Shown: positions 55,561-63,978 of the stretch, in pieces
Layout: the number at the start of each line of letters is the position of its first letter
How positions within the stretch are numbered: position 1 is the first letter of the stretch
NCBI GenBank assembly: GCA_015493475.1
Contig: WGDC01000052.1
Span: forward strand, 11,375 to 75,374
Length of the DNA stretch: 64,000 nucleotides
Source: Deltaproteobacteria bacterium
GTDB lineage: Bacteria; Desulfobacterota; Dissulfuribacteria; Dissulfuribacterales; QOAL01
Direction: 5' to 3'
Program-made: the position numbers and the translations under genes
Notes under the pieces: generated by a model
Seen by the model: only the letters and a program-made list of their open reading frames with translations
Databases searched by the model: none
Told to the model about the DNA's origin: nothing

Positions 55561-58194
55561 TCACCTGCGTGCAACCTCGTAGTCCCCCCTCAGGAAGGCA
55601 TAAAGATAGTGTTGGATTGCGTCGTCGCTTTCCATGTGGACATCGAGCTGGCGCGTAAAACCGATAAGCCTGCCAAGGATTTCAAGGACCCATTCCAGGT
55701 CTTTCCTATGTATGTTGGTTATTCTTGCCGTAACCACGTCGCCTTTCATCTTCACATTAAGGTCATAGGTCCTGAGTATCTCCCCAATAAGCCTCGCACG
55801 CCTGGATCTCTTTATTATGTCAGTGGCACCGCCGAGGAACCGGAAGTAGACATGGTTGTCCCTTGGAACATCACTGCAGTATGCATCCACAATATTGAAG
55901 TGATAACCGAAACGCAGACTGAGGTTCACGTATTCCTTAGTTATTATAGCAATGTTATGGCCCGAGTACTGGCCATCGAGGGCATCGGTAGGCGCATTTA
56001 TCATGCTGGTAACCACGTCCCTGAAACCTACTTCCATAATATCGGTGTGCCAGACCCCTGGGGTCATCATGCCGTGGAGCAGGGCCTTGAATGGAATGGA
56101 TTCGATGTGCTTGAACTCGCAGTGATCCTCCGGGGCGTCCATGGATATCCCTCCCCCGAGATCAACGCAAAGAATGCCAGCCGGGATCGGCAGGTCGAGC
56201 CTCTTGGTGATAAGCCCTTTCAAGAGCCTGTTTTGATCCTTGCCAAGGTCGATGAGCTCCTTGACTGCCTTCTCATGAATAAACCGCAATATGTCATGAT
56301 AGGTCTCGCACTTGTCTATGCTGAAATCTTCTATCAGAGGATCAACAAGGTTAAGACGGGAAACCTCCCTCAGAAGCCTTCTAAGGAGCCGGAAGTCACC
56401 TGATTCAAAAACATTCATCTGCTGGCAGCTTCGGTATACAAGGAGCTCCCTTACCTTGCCCTTGTATATCTTCCTTTCCTCAGCGTCCACCGTGACTTCC
56501 ATTCCGTCATGCACTTTGGACAGTATACCCTTGACATTCACAAGACAAGGAACGCACAGCTCTCGGCAGATAGTCGACATGTGGCTGACCGGCGTGCCCA
56601 CCTCGGTAACTATAGCAGATACCTTCTTCATAATCTGCACAAACAGGGACATGTCCCTGGGGCTCACAAGCACCGCCCCCTCGGGGACATCCCTGAAATC
56701 CTGTATATTCCTTACTATTTTGACCGGTCCGTACCCGATGCCCTGCTGCGCTGTCCGCCCCTCTCCACTCGAAATGACCTCGTACTTATCATCAAGATTC
56801 AGGAGTGAGCGTTCGATTACCTGGGTCTCCGTCACAAGCAGCGCCCTGGATTGGAGAACCAGGACCCTGTTCCTGACACCTACCGCCCATTCCACATCCT
56901 GTGGATGCTTGAAATAGTTTTCCAGCTTTATTCCCATCCTGCCAAGCTCAAGCAGTTGCTCACCACTGAGACAGGGTTTGTCCTGGAGATCTTCCGGTAT
57001 AGGCCTCTTTTCCAGGCCTCCCTTTGAACTTAGGTACAGGCCCTCCCTTTTCCTGACTATCTTTTCCTCTATCACTTTGACGCCATCCTTCTTGGAAATT
57101 CTGAAGGAATCCGTGGGCATCTTTCCATCAACAACTGCCTCACCCTGTCCCCAGTTCGCAACCACCACCATGTCATCAGAAGCCGGATCTAACGGATCCG
57201 TGGTATAAAGCACGCCGCTGCTCCTTGCGTCAACCATTATCTGGCAAAGGGCCGCTATGGACATCTGTCCCTCTCCTTCAAGCACCGTGCGCCTGTATTC
57301 GATTACGTGCTTACTGAAAAGACTGGCGATTACCGTCTTATAGGCTGAAAAAATATCTTCTGGACCAGGCTCAACATTGAGTACCGAGTCAAACTGCCCG
57401 GCAAAGGAAAAATCCATGTCCTCTTCCTGGGCGCTGCTTCTGACCGCAAATCTCGTCCTCTTACCAACTTGATCCTCGATCCTGTTCACGGCCTCTCCGA
57501 TGTCCTCAAGAAGCTGCGGGGGTGGTTTTATGGAAGAAATGGCCTGTTGGAGTTCCCGCCTCACCTTCTCTATCTCCACGGCGTCTGCATGGGGACAGGC
57601 CAGAAAGCCCTCGAGCCTGTCCACCTTGGAGACAAGCCTGTTGTAAGCAATAACATCGTGGTATGCCCTGGTGGTGACTACGAATCCATCGGGAACCGAA
57701 AGTTCAAGATCGTTTATTATCTTCGCGAGGTGCAAGGCCTTACCTCCGATCACAGGGTATTCGGCCTTTGTTATCTCGTTAAGGAGTATGACAGGGGGAC
57801 CCTGACGGTCTTGCCTACCTTTAAGAATCTGGAAGAGCCTGTCGTGAATGTTGTCATATACCTCGTACAACTCTGTATACCTATTATCGCACAGGGCATT
57901 TAGGTTATGCACGCACTTGAGGACGGTCTCGGACAGTTCGTCCAAGGTGGTCTCTATGTAGTGCCTGTCAAACAAGTAGTCCCCGCTCAGCTTCTCTCCC
58001 ATATCAGCAATAATCTCGAGGGCAGACTGGTTGCAATGCAACACCTTTTTGAAACGTTCGAATTTCTGCCTAATGGCGGAAGCGGTTACAGGCGGCGCCC
58101 CAGTAAAGGTCTTTTTTATCCTGTCAACAAGCCCTTGAAAAAAGTCCACGTTTGAAGGTCCTCCACTCCCCAAAAACCCCTGCTTGATTTTCAC
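55561..58194 (-). CDS. PpsA/PPDK-like ATP-grasp + swivel-His phosphotransferase with a non-PpsA C-terminal domain (paralogue B)
   Basis: AVRSSAQEEDMDFSFAGQFDSVLNV, DVEWAV..LVLQSR, and swivel GTPVSHMSTICRELCVPCL. The C-terminal domain is collinear with paralogue A. GTG start; the true start is uncertain. Confidence 0.8.
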   Translation of the reverse strand: MKIKQGFLGSGGPSNVDFFQGLVDRIKKTFTGAPPVTASAIRQKFERFKKVLHCNQSALEIIADMGEKLSGDYLFDRHYIETTLDELSETVLKCVHNLNALCDNRYTELYEVYDNIHDRLFQILKGRQDRQGPPVILLNEITKAEYPVIGGKALHLAKIINDLELSVPDGFVVTTRAYHDVIAYNRLVSKVDRLEGFLACPHADAVEIEKVRRELQQAISSIKPPPQLLEDIGEAVNRIEDQVGKRTRFAVRSSAQEEDMDFSFAGQFDSVLNVEPGPEDIFSAYKTVIASLFSKHVIEYRRTVLEGEGQMSIAALCQIMVDARSSGVLYTTDPLDPASDDMVVVANWGQGEAVVDGKMPTDSFRISKKDGVKVIEEKIVRKREGLYLSSKGGLEKRPIPEDLQDKPCLSGEQLLELGRMGIKLENYFKHPQDVEWAVGVRNRVLVLQSRALLVTETQVIERSLLNLDDKYEVISSGEGRTAQQGIGYGPVKIVRNIQDFRDVPEGAVLVSPRDMSLFVQIMKKVSAIVTEVGTPVSHMSTICRELCVPCLVNVKGILSKVHDGMEVTVDAEERKIYKGKVRELLVYRSCQQMNVFESGDFRLLRRLLREVSRLNLVDPLIEDFSIDKCETYHDILRFIHEKAVKELIDLGKDQNRLLKGLITKRLDLPIPAGILCVDLGGGISMDAPEDHCEFKHIESIPFKALLHGMMTPGVWHTDIMEVGFRDVVTSMINAPTDALDGQYSGHNIAIITKEYVNLSLRFGYHFNIVDAYCSDVPRDNHVYFRFLGGATDIIKRSRRARLIGEILRTYDLNVKMKGDVVTARITNIHRKDLEWVLEILGRLIGFTRQLDVHMESDDAIQHYLYAFLRGDYEVARR

Positions 58195-58253
58195 ACAGAT
58201 ACAGGGGCCTCAAAAGAATAGACGGGTACACTTGTTTCTTCTGTCAACCGTCC

Positions 58254-59012
58254 TTAATGACTTCCCCCGCCCTTAAAGACCATCCCGACTCCGAAACCTG
58301 CAACTATAGCAACAACGAGGGCTATAATACCGTAAAGGGCCGGTTTCTCGAACGCCATGTGGGTAAGCTGCCTTATGAGCCCTACCCTTTCCACCTTGAT
58401 ACTCGTTTGGGCCTTGTCGATCACCTGTCCGTTTTCCACTGCAAAGGCCTGAACCTGGTAATCCCCTGGCGGGGCCTCAAATGGCCAGTTAACCTCAATG
58501 GAAAACGTGTGGTTCTCCTTGTCTATATGGACAACCCCGTCTTCCTCGTCATAAAGCTGATCTTCCTCCATGAATTTAAGGAATTCCAGTATCCACTTGT
58601 CCCTGTCAAGGTCCTTCATCTTGGTCTTGATCCGCACCTTGTCGCGCAAGGCATCATACCCTATGGACAATTGCCTGCATGCCTCTTGAGGAAGTATATT
58701 GTGCATGTCCCTTGTTGAATATACGAGATACACCTTGGGCACGTCCTCGAAGACGATATTGCCAAGCTTCATCCAGAATATGCCTCCAGCCTTGCCCTTG
58801 TACTTGAGGTGTTCTTCACCGAGCTTGGAGTGTATCTGGATTATTATGTCAGGGGCGTTAAGCCCCTTACCCCGGATGGTTATAGTAGTGCCATGATAAC
58901 CGATGGTTATTGGAATCTTTTCCGGGTTAGCCTCCACCGTCAGTGCCCATGCCCTGCCAAACGAACAAACAACAAGAAGGGCAATCAAAACCATGGCCGC
59001 CTTTATCATCAT
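58254..59012 (-). CDS. Secreted protein with C-terminal TM anchor, TIGR02186/'Alph_Pro_TM'-like (tentative)
   Basis: Signal peptide MMIKAAMVLIALLVVCSFGRAWA and C-terminal TM LYGIIALVVAIVAGFGVGMVF. Encoded directly after a TauE/SafE gene, the usual partner of this family as I recall it. AGGAGG precedes Met 59012. Confidence 0.5.
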   Translation of the reverse strand: MMIKAAMVLIALLVVCSFGRAWALTVEANPEKIPITIGYHGTTITIRGKGLNAPDIIIQIHSKLGEEHLKYKGKAGGIFWMKLGNIVFEDVPKVYLVYSTRDMHNILPQEACRQLSIGYDALRDKVRIKTKMKDLDRDKWILEFLKFMEEDQLYDEEDGVVHIDKENHTFSIEVNWPFEAPPGDYQVQAFAVENGQVIDKAQTSIKVERVGLIRQLTHMAFEKPALYGIIALVVAIVAGFGVGMVFKGGGSH

Positions 59013-59029
59013 ATCGATCCTCCTCATGA

Positions 59030-59992
59030 TTAATGCCCTCCCCCATGTGCAAGCAGCAAGGATGGCTCAAGCACGAGTCCGAGGATCATCTTCAGGGTCA
59101 CCCCGAGAACGATCATTGCGAGCAAGATTTTAAGCTGGTCACCGTGAAGCTTCTTGCCGAGCTTTGTCCCCACCTGGGCCCCAATGGTCGAGCCGAGAAG
59201 TAAAAGTATGGCGAGGATAATATCAACGGTATGGTTCTGGTAAGCCTGGAGAAACGTCACCTCCACGCACGTGAACATAATTTGGAAAAGGCTCGTTCCG
59301 ACAACGACGTGCATGGGCATTCGAAGCAGATAAATCATCACCGGAACCATGAGAAATCCACCACCCACTCCCATGATTGCAGCGAGCACGCCAACGAAGA
59401 TACCAAGGCCCACGGGCAGGATGGCAGAGTGACTTACCCCAGACTTTTCAAAGTAAATCTGAAAGGGAAGCGAAGCGATGATCCCCTTTTTCTTCACCTT
59501 GGCCCTTGCCTTCTTCCTTGCCTTCCTTTCGGCCTCCATGCGCTCTTCCTCACTCAGAAGCGCAACGGCCCTCTGTTTCTTTATGGCATGGAGGCTTTCA
59601 AAGAACATGAAGGCCCCCACGACGCCGAGCATAATCACGTAGGTTATCTTTATTAGAAAGTCAGCCCCTCCTGTTGCCCGTAGCACCTTTATCACGTGGA
59701 CTCCAAGTGCACCGCCGACAAACCCTCCCACGAGAAGCAGCAGGCCCATTTTGAAATCCACATTCCCAAGCCTCCAGTGGGCAAGAGTCCCCGAGGCAGA
59801 AGCAGCCACGATTTGGTTTGCATCAGTGGCCGCAGCCACGGTTGGAGGAATCCCTATCATCATTAGCAGGGGCGTCATAAGAAACCCTCCCCCAACGCCA
59901 AACAGGCCGGAAAGCAGGCCCACCAACAGGCCAAGGCCTACCACCAGCAGCAAATTTACGCTTGTCAGCGCAATCGGTAAGTAGATATACAT
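59030..59992 (-). CDS. TauE/SafE (DUF81) family anion exporter
   Basis: Two-fold repeated polytopic protein with GVGGGFLM(T/V)P in both halves and a charged central loop. Start at ATG 59992, 6 nt after GGAGGG. Confidence 0.8.
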   Translation of the reverse strand: MYIYLPIALTSVNLLLVVGLGLLVGLLSGLFGVGGGFLMTPLLMMIGIPPTVAAATDANQIVAASASGTLAHWRLGNVDFKMGLLLLVGGFVGGALGVHVIKVLRATGGADFLIKITYVIMLGVVGAFMFFESLHAIKKQRAVALLSEEERMEAERKARKKARAKVKKKGIIASLPFQIYFEKSGVSHSAILPVGLGIFVGVLAAIMGVGGGFLMVPVMIYLLRMPMHVVVGTSLFQIMFTCVEVTFLQAYQNHTVDIILAILLLLGSTIGAQVGTKLGKKLHGDQLKILLAMIVLGVTLKMILGLVLEPSLLLAHGGGH

Positions 59993-60039
59993 ATTCAACC
60001 CTCCTGTAAAAAATAACTTCTAAGGCCCGTTACCCTTGT

Positions 60040-60558
60040 CTATGAAGAGGCCATCTCTACTGGATAAAGTGTGCAGTCCCTATTGATCTGCCTCAAGACC
60101 TTCTGGAAACGCTCGTCACTCCATGGCCTTGCAAAAAACACCGTCAATTCACCGAAATACCACTTTGAATGGCTGCACACCCTGTTTACTATTCCTGACA
60201 GCCAATCCCTCTTCCTGTCATGGTCCTCGTCGTTAACCGTCCCGACTATTAAACAGGATATTTTTTGGGCGACAATGAATTCGACAAGGTTTTCCTCAGG
60301 ACTCCTCTCAATCAGGTGGTAAGAGCCGTTTACCTTTTCAAGCTCACAGAGGCCGCCCACAAGCTGCAGGAATGCAGAAGGGGAAAACTCGTTCCACCTC
60401 TCTCCCATGGCAACACCCTCCCGGGGGCCGGTATGCTCTGGCATTATCAGCAGCGAATAAAGCCTTGCTTCTGTCCTCCTGGCAAGCTTGACAGCACAAA
60501 AACCTGCGTAGAGATCGGAGTTGCGCCCCTCCGATAGTAATGCCACCCTTTTACCCAT
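60040..60558 (-). CDS. Hypothetical protein, weakly USP/adenine-nucleotide-alpha-hydrolase-like
   Basis: KRVALLSEGRN...RLYSLLIM...LVEFIVAQKISCLIVGT resembles a degenerate USP fold. First gene after the sigma54 promoter. Confidence 0.4.
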   Translation of the reverse strand: MGKRVALLSEGRNSDLYAGFCAVKLARRTEARLYSLLIMPEHTGPREGVAMGERWNEFSPSAFLQLVGGLCELEKVNGSYHLIERSPEENLVEFIVAQKISCLIVGTVNDEDHDRKRDWLSGIVNRVCSHSKWYFGELTVFFARPWSDERFQKVLRQINRDCTLYPVEMASS

Positions 60559-60650
60559 ACAGCATGAACCGCCTATTGTGAACAATTATACCAAAAATTT
60601 GTCCGATTAACAGAAAAAATTAACAAATTGATTCGCGGTGGAGATTCATC

Positions 60651-60666
60651 AGCATTTGCGGTGCCA
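60651..60666 (-). promoter_or_regulatory. Sigma54 (-24/-12) promoter
   Basis: Minus strand reads TGGCAC-CGCAA-ATGCT; located ~93 nt upstream of ATG 60558 in an AT-rich intergenic region. Confidence 0.6.
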
Positions 60667-60762
60667 TAACCGTTAACCGGCCGTGTTAGTTAAAGTTTTT
60701 GGCTTATTATGTTGAAAAAACGCATGGGGGCTTGTGTAAAAAATAACGAATATTTGTTCCGT

Positions 60763-60826
60763 TATGAAACATTCATATAGCAATTTATTGAAAATACAGT
60801 CCTTTTGTCAATGAAACAGATGTTTC
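60763..60826. promoter_or_regulatory. Two palindromes sharing ATGAAACA; candidate activator (UAS) sites
   Basis: TATGAA-ACA-TTCATA (60763-60777) and GAAACA-GA-TGTTTC (60813-60826), ~100-160 bp upstream of the sigma54 promoter. Confidence 0.35.
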
Positions 60827-61075
60827 TATTTTGAACAAGTAAGGATGCCCGCTTTCAAAAAGCATCCTTAACATAAGGGAAAACAGGGAGAAAACTAGAA
60901 AACATGTGATTTAAAGGGCGGCGTCTCAGGATTAGAGCACCGGCACCACACCCCTACCACTCGTTTAAGTGCGTGTCGGAAAGGCCACCGCCCGTTTGGC
61001 TTCACAAGGGCCCACACTCCATCATGAAAGGGCCCTACCTTGTCCATCAAGGCTCCTCTTTCGCCTTGGACCTTG

Positions 61076-62041
61076 CTATTCCTCTTCTTCCGGCGAAACA
61101 ACAGCGATTGTCTTCTTGGCGCATCTTCCAAGCACTGCGCGCCCTACGCTTCCAACGAGAATATCCGTAATGGCGCTCCTTATGGTCCTGCCGAGAAAGA
61201 TGATGTCTGCATCTGATTCCTCCGAATAGGACGCTATCAGCTCTGGCGGCTCCCCGGCAACAGCCTTCTCATCAATCCTTTCAGAGGCGATGCCCATCTG
61301 CTCGAGCTCCAGGCGGGCATTTTTCAGAACGCCGTCGGCAGCCTCGGCAGGGGTAGGCCAGGAATCGCCTTCGGCAGCCTCGGCGATATCGGCAACGTCC
61401 ATTACCGTGAGCAGACGCGCCATAGCGTTTTTCGCAAAGGTCATGAAGACACCCGCCTCCCTTACAGCAGCCATAGAACCAGCGGAACCGTCTACAGGAA
61501 TGAGTATGTTTTCAATCCTTACGGCACCTTCCACTGGAAACTCCGTTCCGGGGATGTAAACCGAGCAGGAACTGTGGCCGTAGAGTATGCCCGATGTCAC
61601 GCTGCCTATGAATGAGCCCTTTACCGGGTCCATGCACCTGCGCTGCATCACCACTGTAGAATAGCCGTATTCCCTTACGAACTCGAGAATCTTGTCCGCA
61701 GGCTTCCCATCAACAATCTCCATGTCAATGGGGGCCTTTGGCTTGAATCTCGCCACGACCTCCTTGGCCTCGTTCATAACGGGGGTTATCTCGCGGTTTA
61801 TGAAATCCTCGCGAAGACGCCTGAATGTCTCACTTTCAAGAAGGAAACCCGCCCTTACGTCTATGTTCGTCATGTGGGAGCTGAGGTACCTCCCTGCCAT
61901 CACATGTAATAGGGTGATTTCGCTAACCCTGTTGCCGAGTATGGAGGCAAGCGCGCCTGCGAGTCGGCAAGCCTCCTTAAAAGTACCTTTTCCGTCTATA
62001 GGAAGCAAAAACCTGGTAAGAGGTTCCGGTTTCTTTGTCAT
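61076..62041 (-). CDS. Tandem-domain universal stress protein
   Basis: Two USP folds (LLPIDGKG..., ILIPVDGSAGS...) with C-terminal GRTIRSAITDILVGSVGRAVL. Confidence 0.8.
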   Translation of the reverse strand: MTKKPEPLTRFLLPIDGKGTFKEACRLAGALASILGNRVSEITLLHVMAGRYLSSHMTNIDVRAGFLLESETFRRLREDFINREITPVMNEAKEVVARFKPKAPIDMEIVDGKPADKILEFVREYGYSTVVMQRRCMDPVKGSFIGSVTSGILYGHSSCSVYIPGTEFPVEGAVRIENILIPVDGSAGSMAAVREAGVFMTFAKNAMARLLTVMDVADIAEAAEGDSWPTPAEAADGVLKNARLELEQMGIASERIDEKAVAGEPPELIASYSEESDADIIFLGRTIRSAITDILVGSVGRAVLGRCAKKTIAVVSPEEEE

Positions 62042-62060
62042 TTTCCCCTCTCTTCTTATC

Positions 62061-63902
62061 TTAGTAAAGTAACAACAACCAGACGTTGGCGATTGCCACG
62101 CTCAAGATCATATACGGAAATGCCAGTTTCATGAACCCGAAAAACTTCATTGGATGACCGGCCGATTCGGCAATCCCAAGGGTAACCACGTTGGCGCTTG
62201 CACCGATCATTGTGCCATTACCGCCAAAACATGCTCCAAAGGCAAGGGCCCACCACAGAACCCCTGAATCCGCCCCCGGAATGACCTGGGTAAGGTAGCC
62301 GACTATGGGCAGCATGGTGGCCGTAAATGGTATGTTGTCCACAAAGGCACTCATTATGGCCGATACCCATAGTATCAGGCAGATTGACGTCACGAGACTT
62401 CCGTGCGAAAGATGCAGGACCCAGTCGGCGATCATGTCGAGGAGCCCGGTCTCCTCCACTGCTCCTACGAGTATGAACAGGAACATGAAAAAAAGGAGCG
62501 TGGTCCATTCTATATCCTTTTCTATGAGCTCGATCAGGTCTATCTTATTGGTCAACAATCCGTAGGTAAAGAGGAGGGCCGCACCAAAAAGCGCCGCTAT
62601 GCACACCTCCATGTGCCAGTAACCGTGGGTCAGGAACATACCGATTACCATTGACATTATGATACCTCCAACCGTGAGTAGCTGAGAGTCCGTAATCTGG
62701 TACTCCTGCCTCAGCTTCTCTATGAAGGCATCTATGTCCGTTATCTTGGCTTTACCGTACTCTTTGGCATACGCAAATTTGGAATAGACAAAGAGCACCA
62801 CCATGGAGGCCGCGCAAACTGGGGCAAGGTTCAGCACAAAATCCACGAACGTAAGGCCCGCGTAGGAGCCGATCATTATGTTCGGCGGGTCTCCGATAAG
62901 GGTAGCTGTTCCTCCGATGTTAGAGGCGAGGACCTCGGGGATCAACAGGGCAAGCGGATTGATGCCAAGCGACAATGCGATCTCAATACTTACAGGGGTG
63001 AGCAGCAGCATGGTGGTGACGTTGTCGAGAAAGGCGGAGGCCACCGCCGTGAAACTCATGAGTATTATGGACAGGGCTATAACATTGCCCCTTGCAAGCC
63101 TGTAGCACTGGTAAGCCGCCCACTGGAATACTCCCGTATGTTTCAGAATGCCTACAATGATCATCATGCCCATGAGCAGGAATATCACGTTCATGTCTAT
63201 GGCATGTATGGCGCTTTCGTAGGATATGATGTGATAATCTGGGTTGATTGTGCCGATAGTATAGCTAATGACCAGCATGGTGGCCGCACCAAGCATTGCA
63301 GCAAGTGTCCTGTGCAGCAGTTCAAAGGAGATTAGTATGTAAGCAAGGACAAAGATCACTGTGGCGATCCAGAAGGCTGGGCCGAGGGTTCGTTTTATGG
63401 TGAACTGAACATGGGCCAGGTATTGCTTTCCGTTAAAGGCGACTTTGGTCCGGTCGAGGACTACCCTGCCTTTCTCGTAGCTCGGTTTATAAGCCTCTAT
63501 CTCTATCTTCGCCCCCTTTATGCTACCCTTTGGAAGCTCAAGGACAGCCTGAAAGGTGCCGTCAGCCTCTGTTTTAAGCCCTTCTTCCCCGTGGGCATGC
63601 TGGCCCTTTTCCGGTTTTGGCTCAAGCTCCTTGCCGTTTAGGTAGACTTTTAACGCGACATCATCCACTCCTGTGCTATGAGGATTTACAATCTTTCCAG
63701 AGATGGCAAGGGTCTCTCCCTGAAATTCCGCCTTAAGCGCCTTTTGAGCCGATAGGCCAGATTCATGCTCCGTCGCCCATGATGAAGCAGGCACGCCAAC
63801 AAATAAGACAGCAAAAAACAACAGCGCCGCCATAGTAACAAAAATTCTGCCAGGCCCCCTACGGAAGGGAAGCGGGCAGGGAAAAGACCGTTTTCTGTTC
63901 AT
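62061..63902 (-). CDS. ArsB/NhaD-superfamily (SLC13/CitMHS-like) ion transporter with N-terminal extracytoplasmic beta-rich domain
   Basis: Signal/anchor, ~150-aa soluble domain, then a polytopic body with NIGGTATLIGDPPN and GGNGTMIGASANV hairpin motifs. Confidence 0.75.
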   Translation of the reverse strand: MNRKRSFPCPLPFRRGPGRIFVTMAALLFFAVLFVGVPASSWATEHESGLSAQKALKAEFQGETLAISGKIVNPHSTGVDDVALKVYLNGKELEPKPEKGQHAHGEEGLKTEADGTFQAVLELPKGSIKGAKIEIEAYKPSYEKGRVVLDRTKVAFNGKQYLAHVQFTIKRTLGPAFWIATVIFVLAYILISFELLHRTLAAMLGAATMLVISYTIGTINPDYHIISYESAIHAIDMNVIFLLMGMMIIVGILKHTGVFQWAAYQCYRLARGNVIALSIILMSFTAVASAFLDNVTTMLLLTPVSIEIALSLGINPLALLIPEVLASNIGGTATLIGDPPNIMIGSYAGLTFVDFVLNLAPVCAASMVVLFVYSKFAYAKEYGKAKITDIDAFIEKLRQEYQITDSQLLTVGGIIMSMVIGMFLTHGYWHMEVCIAALFGAALLFTYGLLTNKIDLIELIEKDIEWTTLLFFMFLFILVGAVEETGLLDMIADWVLHLSHGSLVTSICLILWVSAIMSAFVDNIPFTATMLPIVGYLTQVIPGADSGVLWWALAFGACFGGNGTMIGASANVVTLGIAESAGHPMKFFGFMKLAFPYMILSVAIANVWLLLLY

Positions 63903-63912
63903 TTTGACCCCC

Positions 63913-63978
63913 TTAACGAGAAATTACGTAGTAGAAATATAGCGTGGCCATCATGACCACAAGATAGATCAAAGTCAT
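63913..63978 (-). CDS. Candidate 21-codon hydrophobic mini-ORF (MTLIYLVVMMATLYFYYVISR)
   Basis: ATG overlaps the upstream gene's TGA (ATGA). GGAG lies 6 nt upstream. Its stop is 10 nt before the transporter ATG. Below the ORF-track size cutoff. Confidence 0.3.
   Translation of the reverse strand: MTLIYLVVMMATLYFYYVISR

Noticed and set aside
60615-60640. IHF-consensus-like AATCAATTTGTTA (minus strand) near the 60651-60666 sigma54 promoter.
   Set aside because: It lies downstream of the promoter, within the predicted leader, rather than between UAS and promoter where IHF sites act. AT-rich DNA gives such matches easily.
61007-61036. 7-bp GC hairpin AGGGCCC-N16-GGGCCCT, 40 nt downstream of the tandem USP gene, considered as its terminator or an ncRNA.
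   Set aside because: No U-tract follows in the minus-strand sense and the loop is large. It may contribute to 3'-end stability, but I cannot support calling it a feature.
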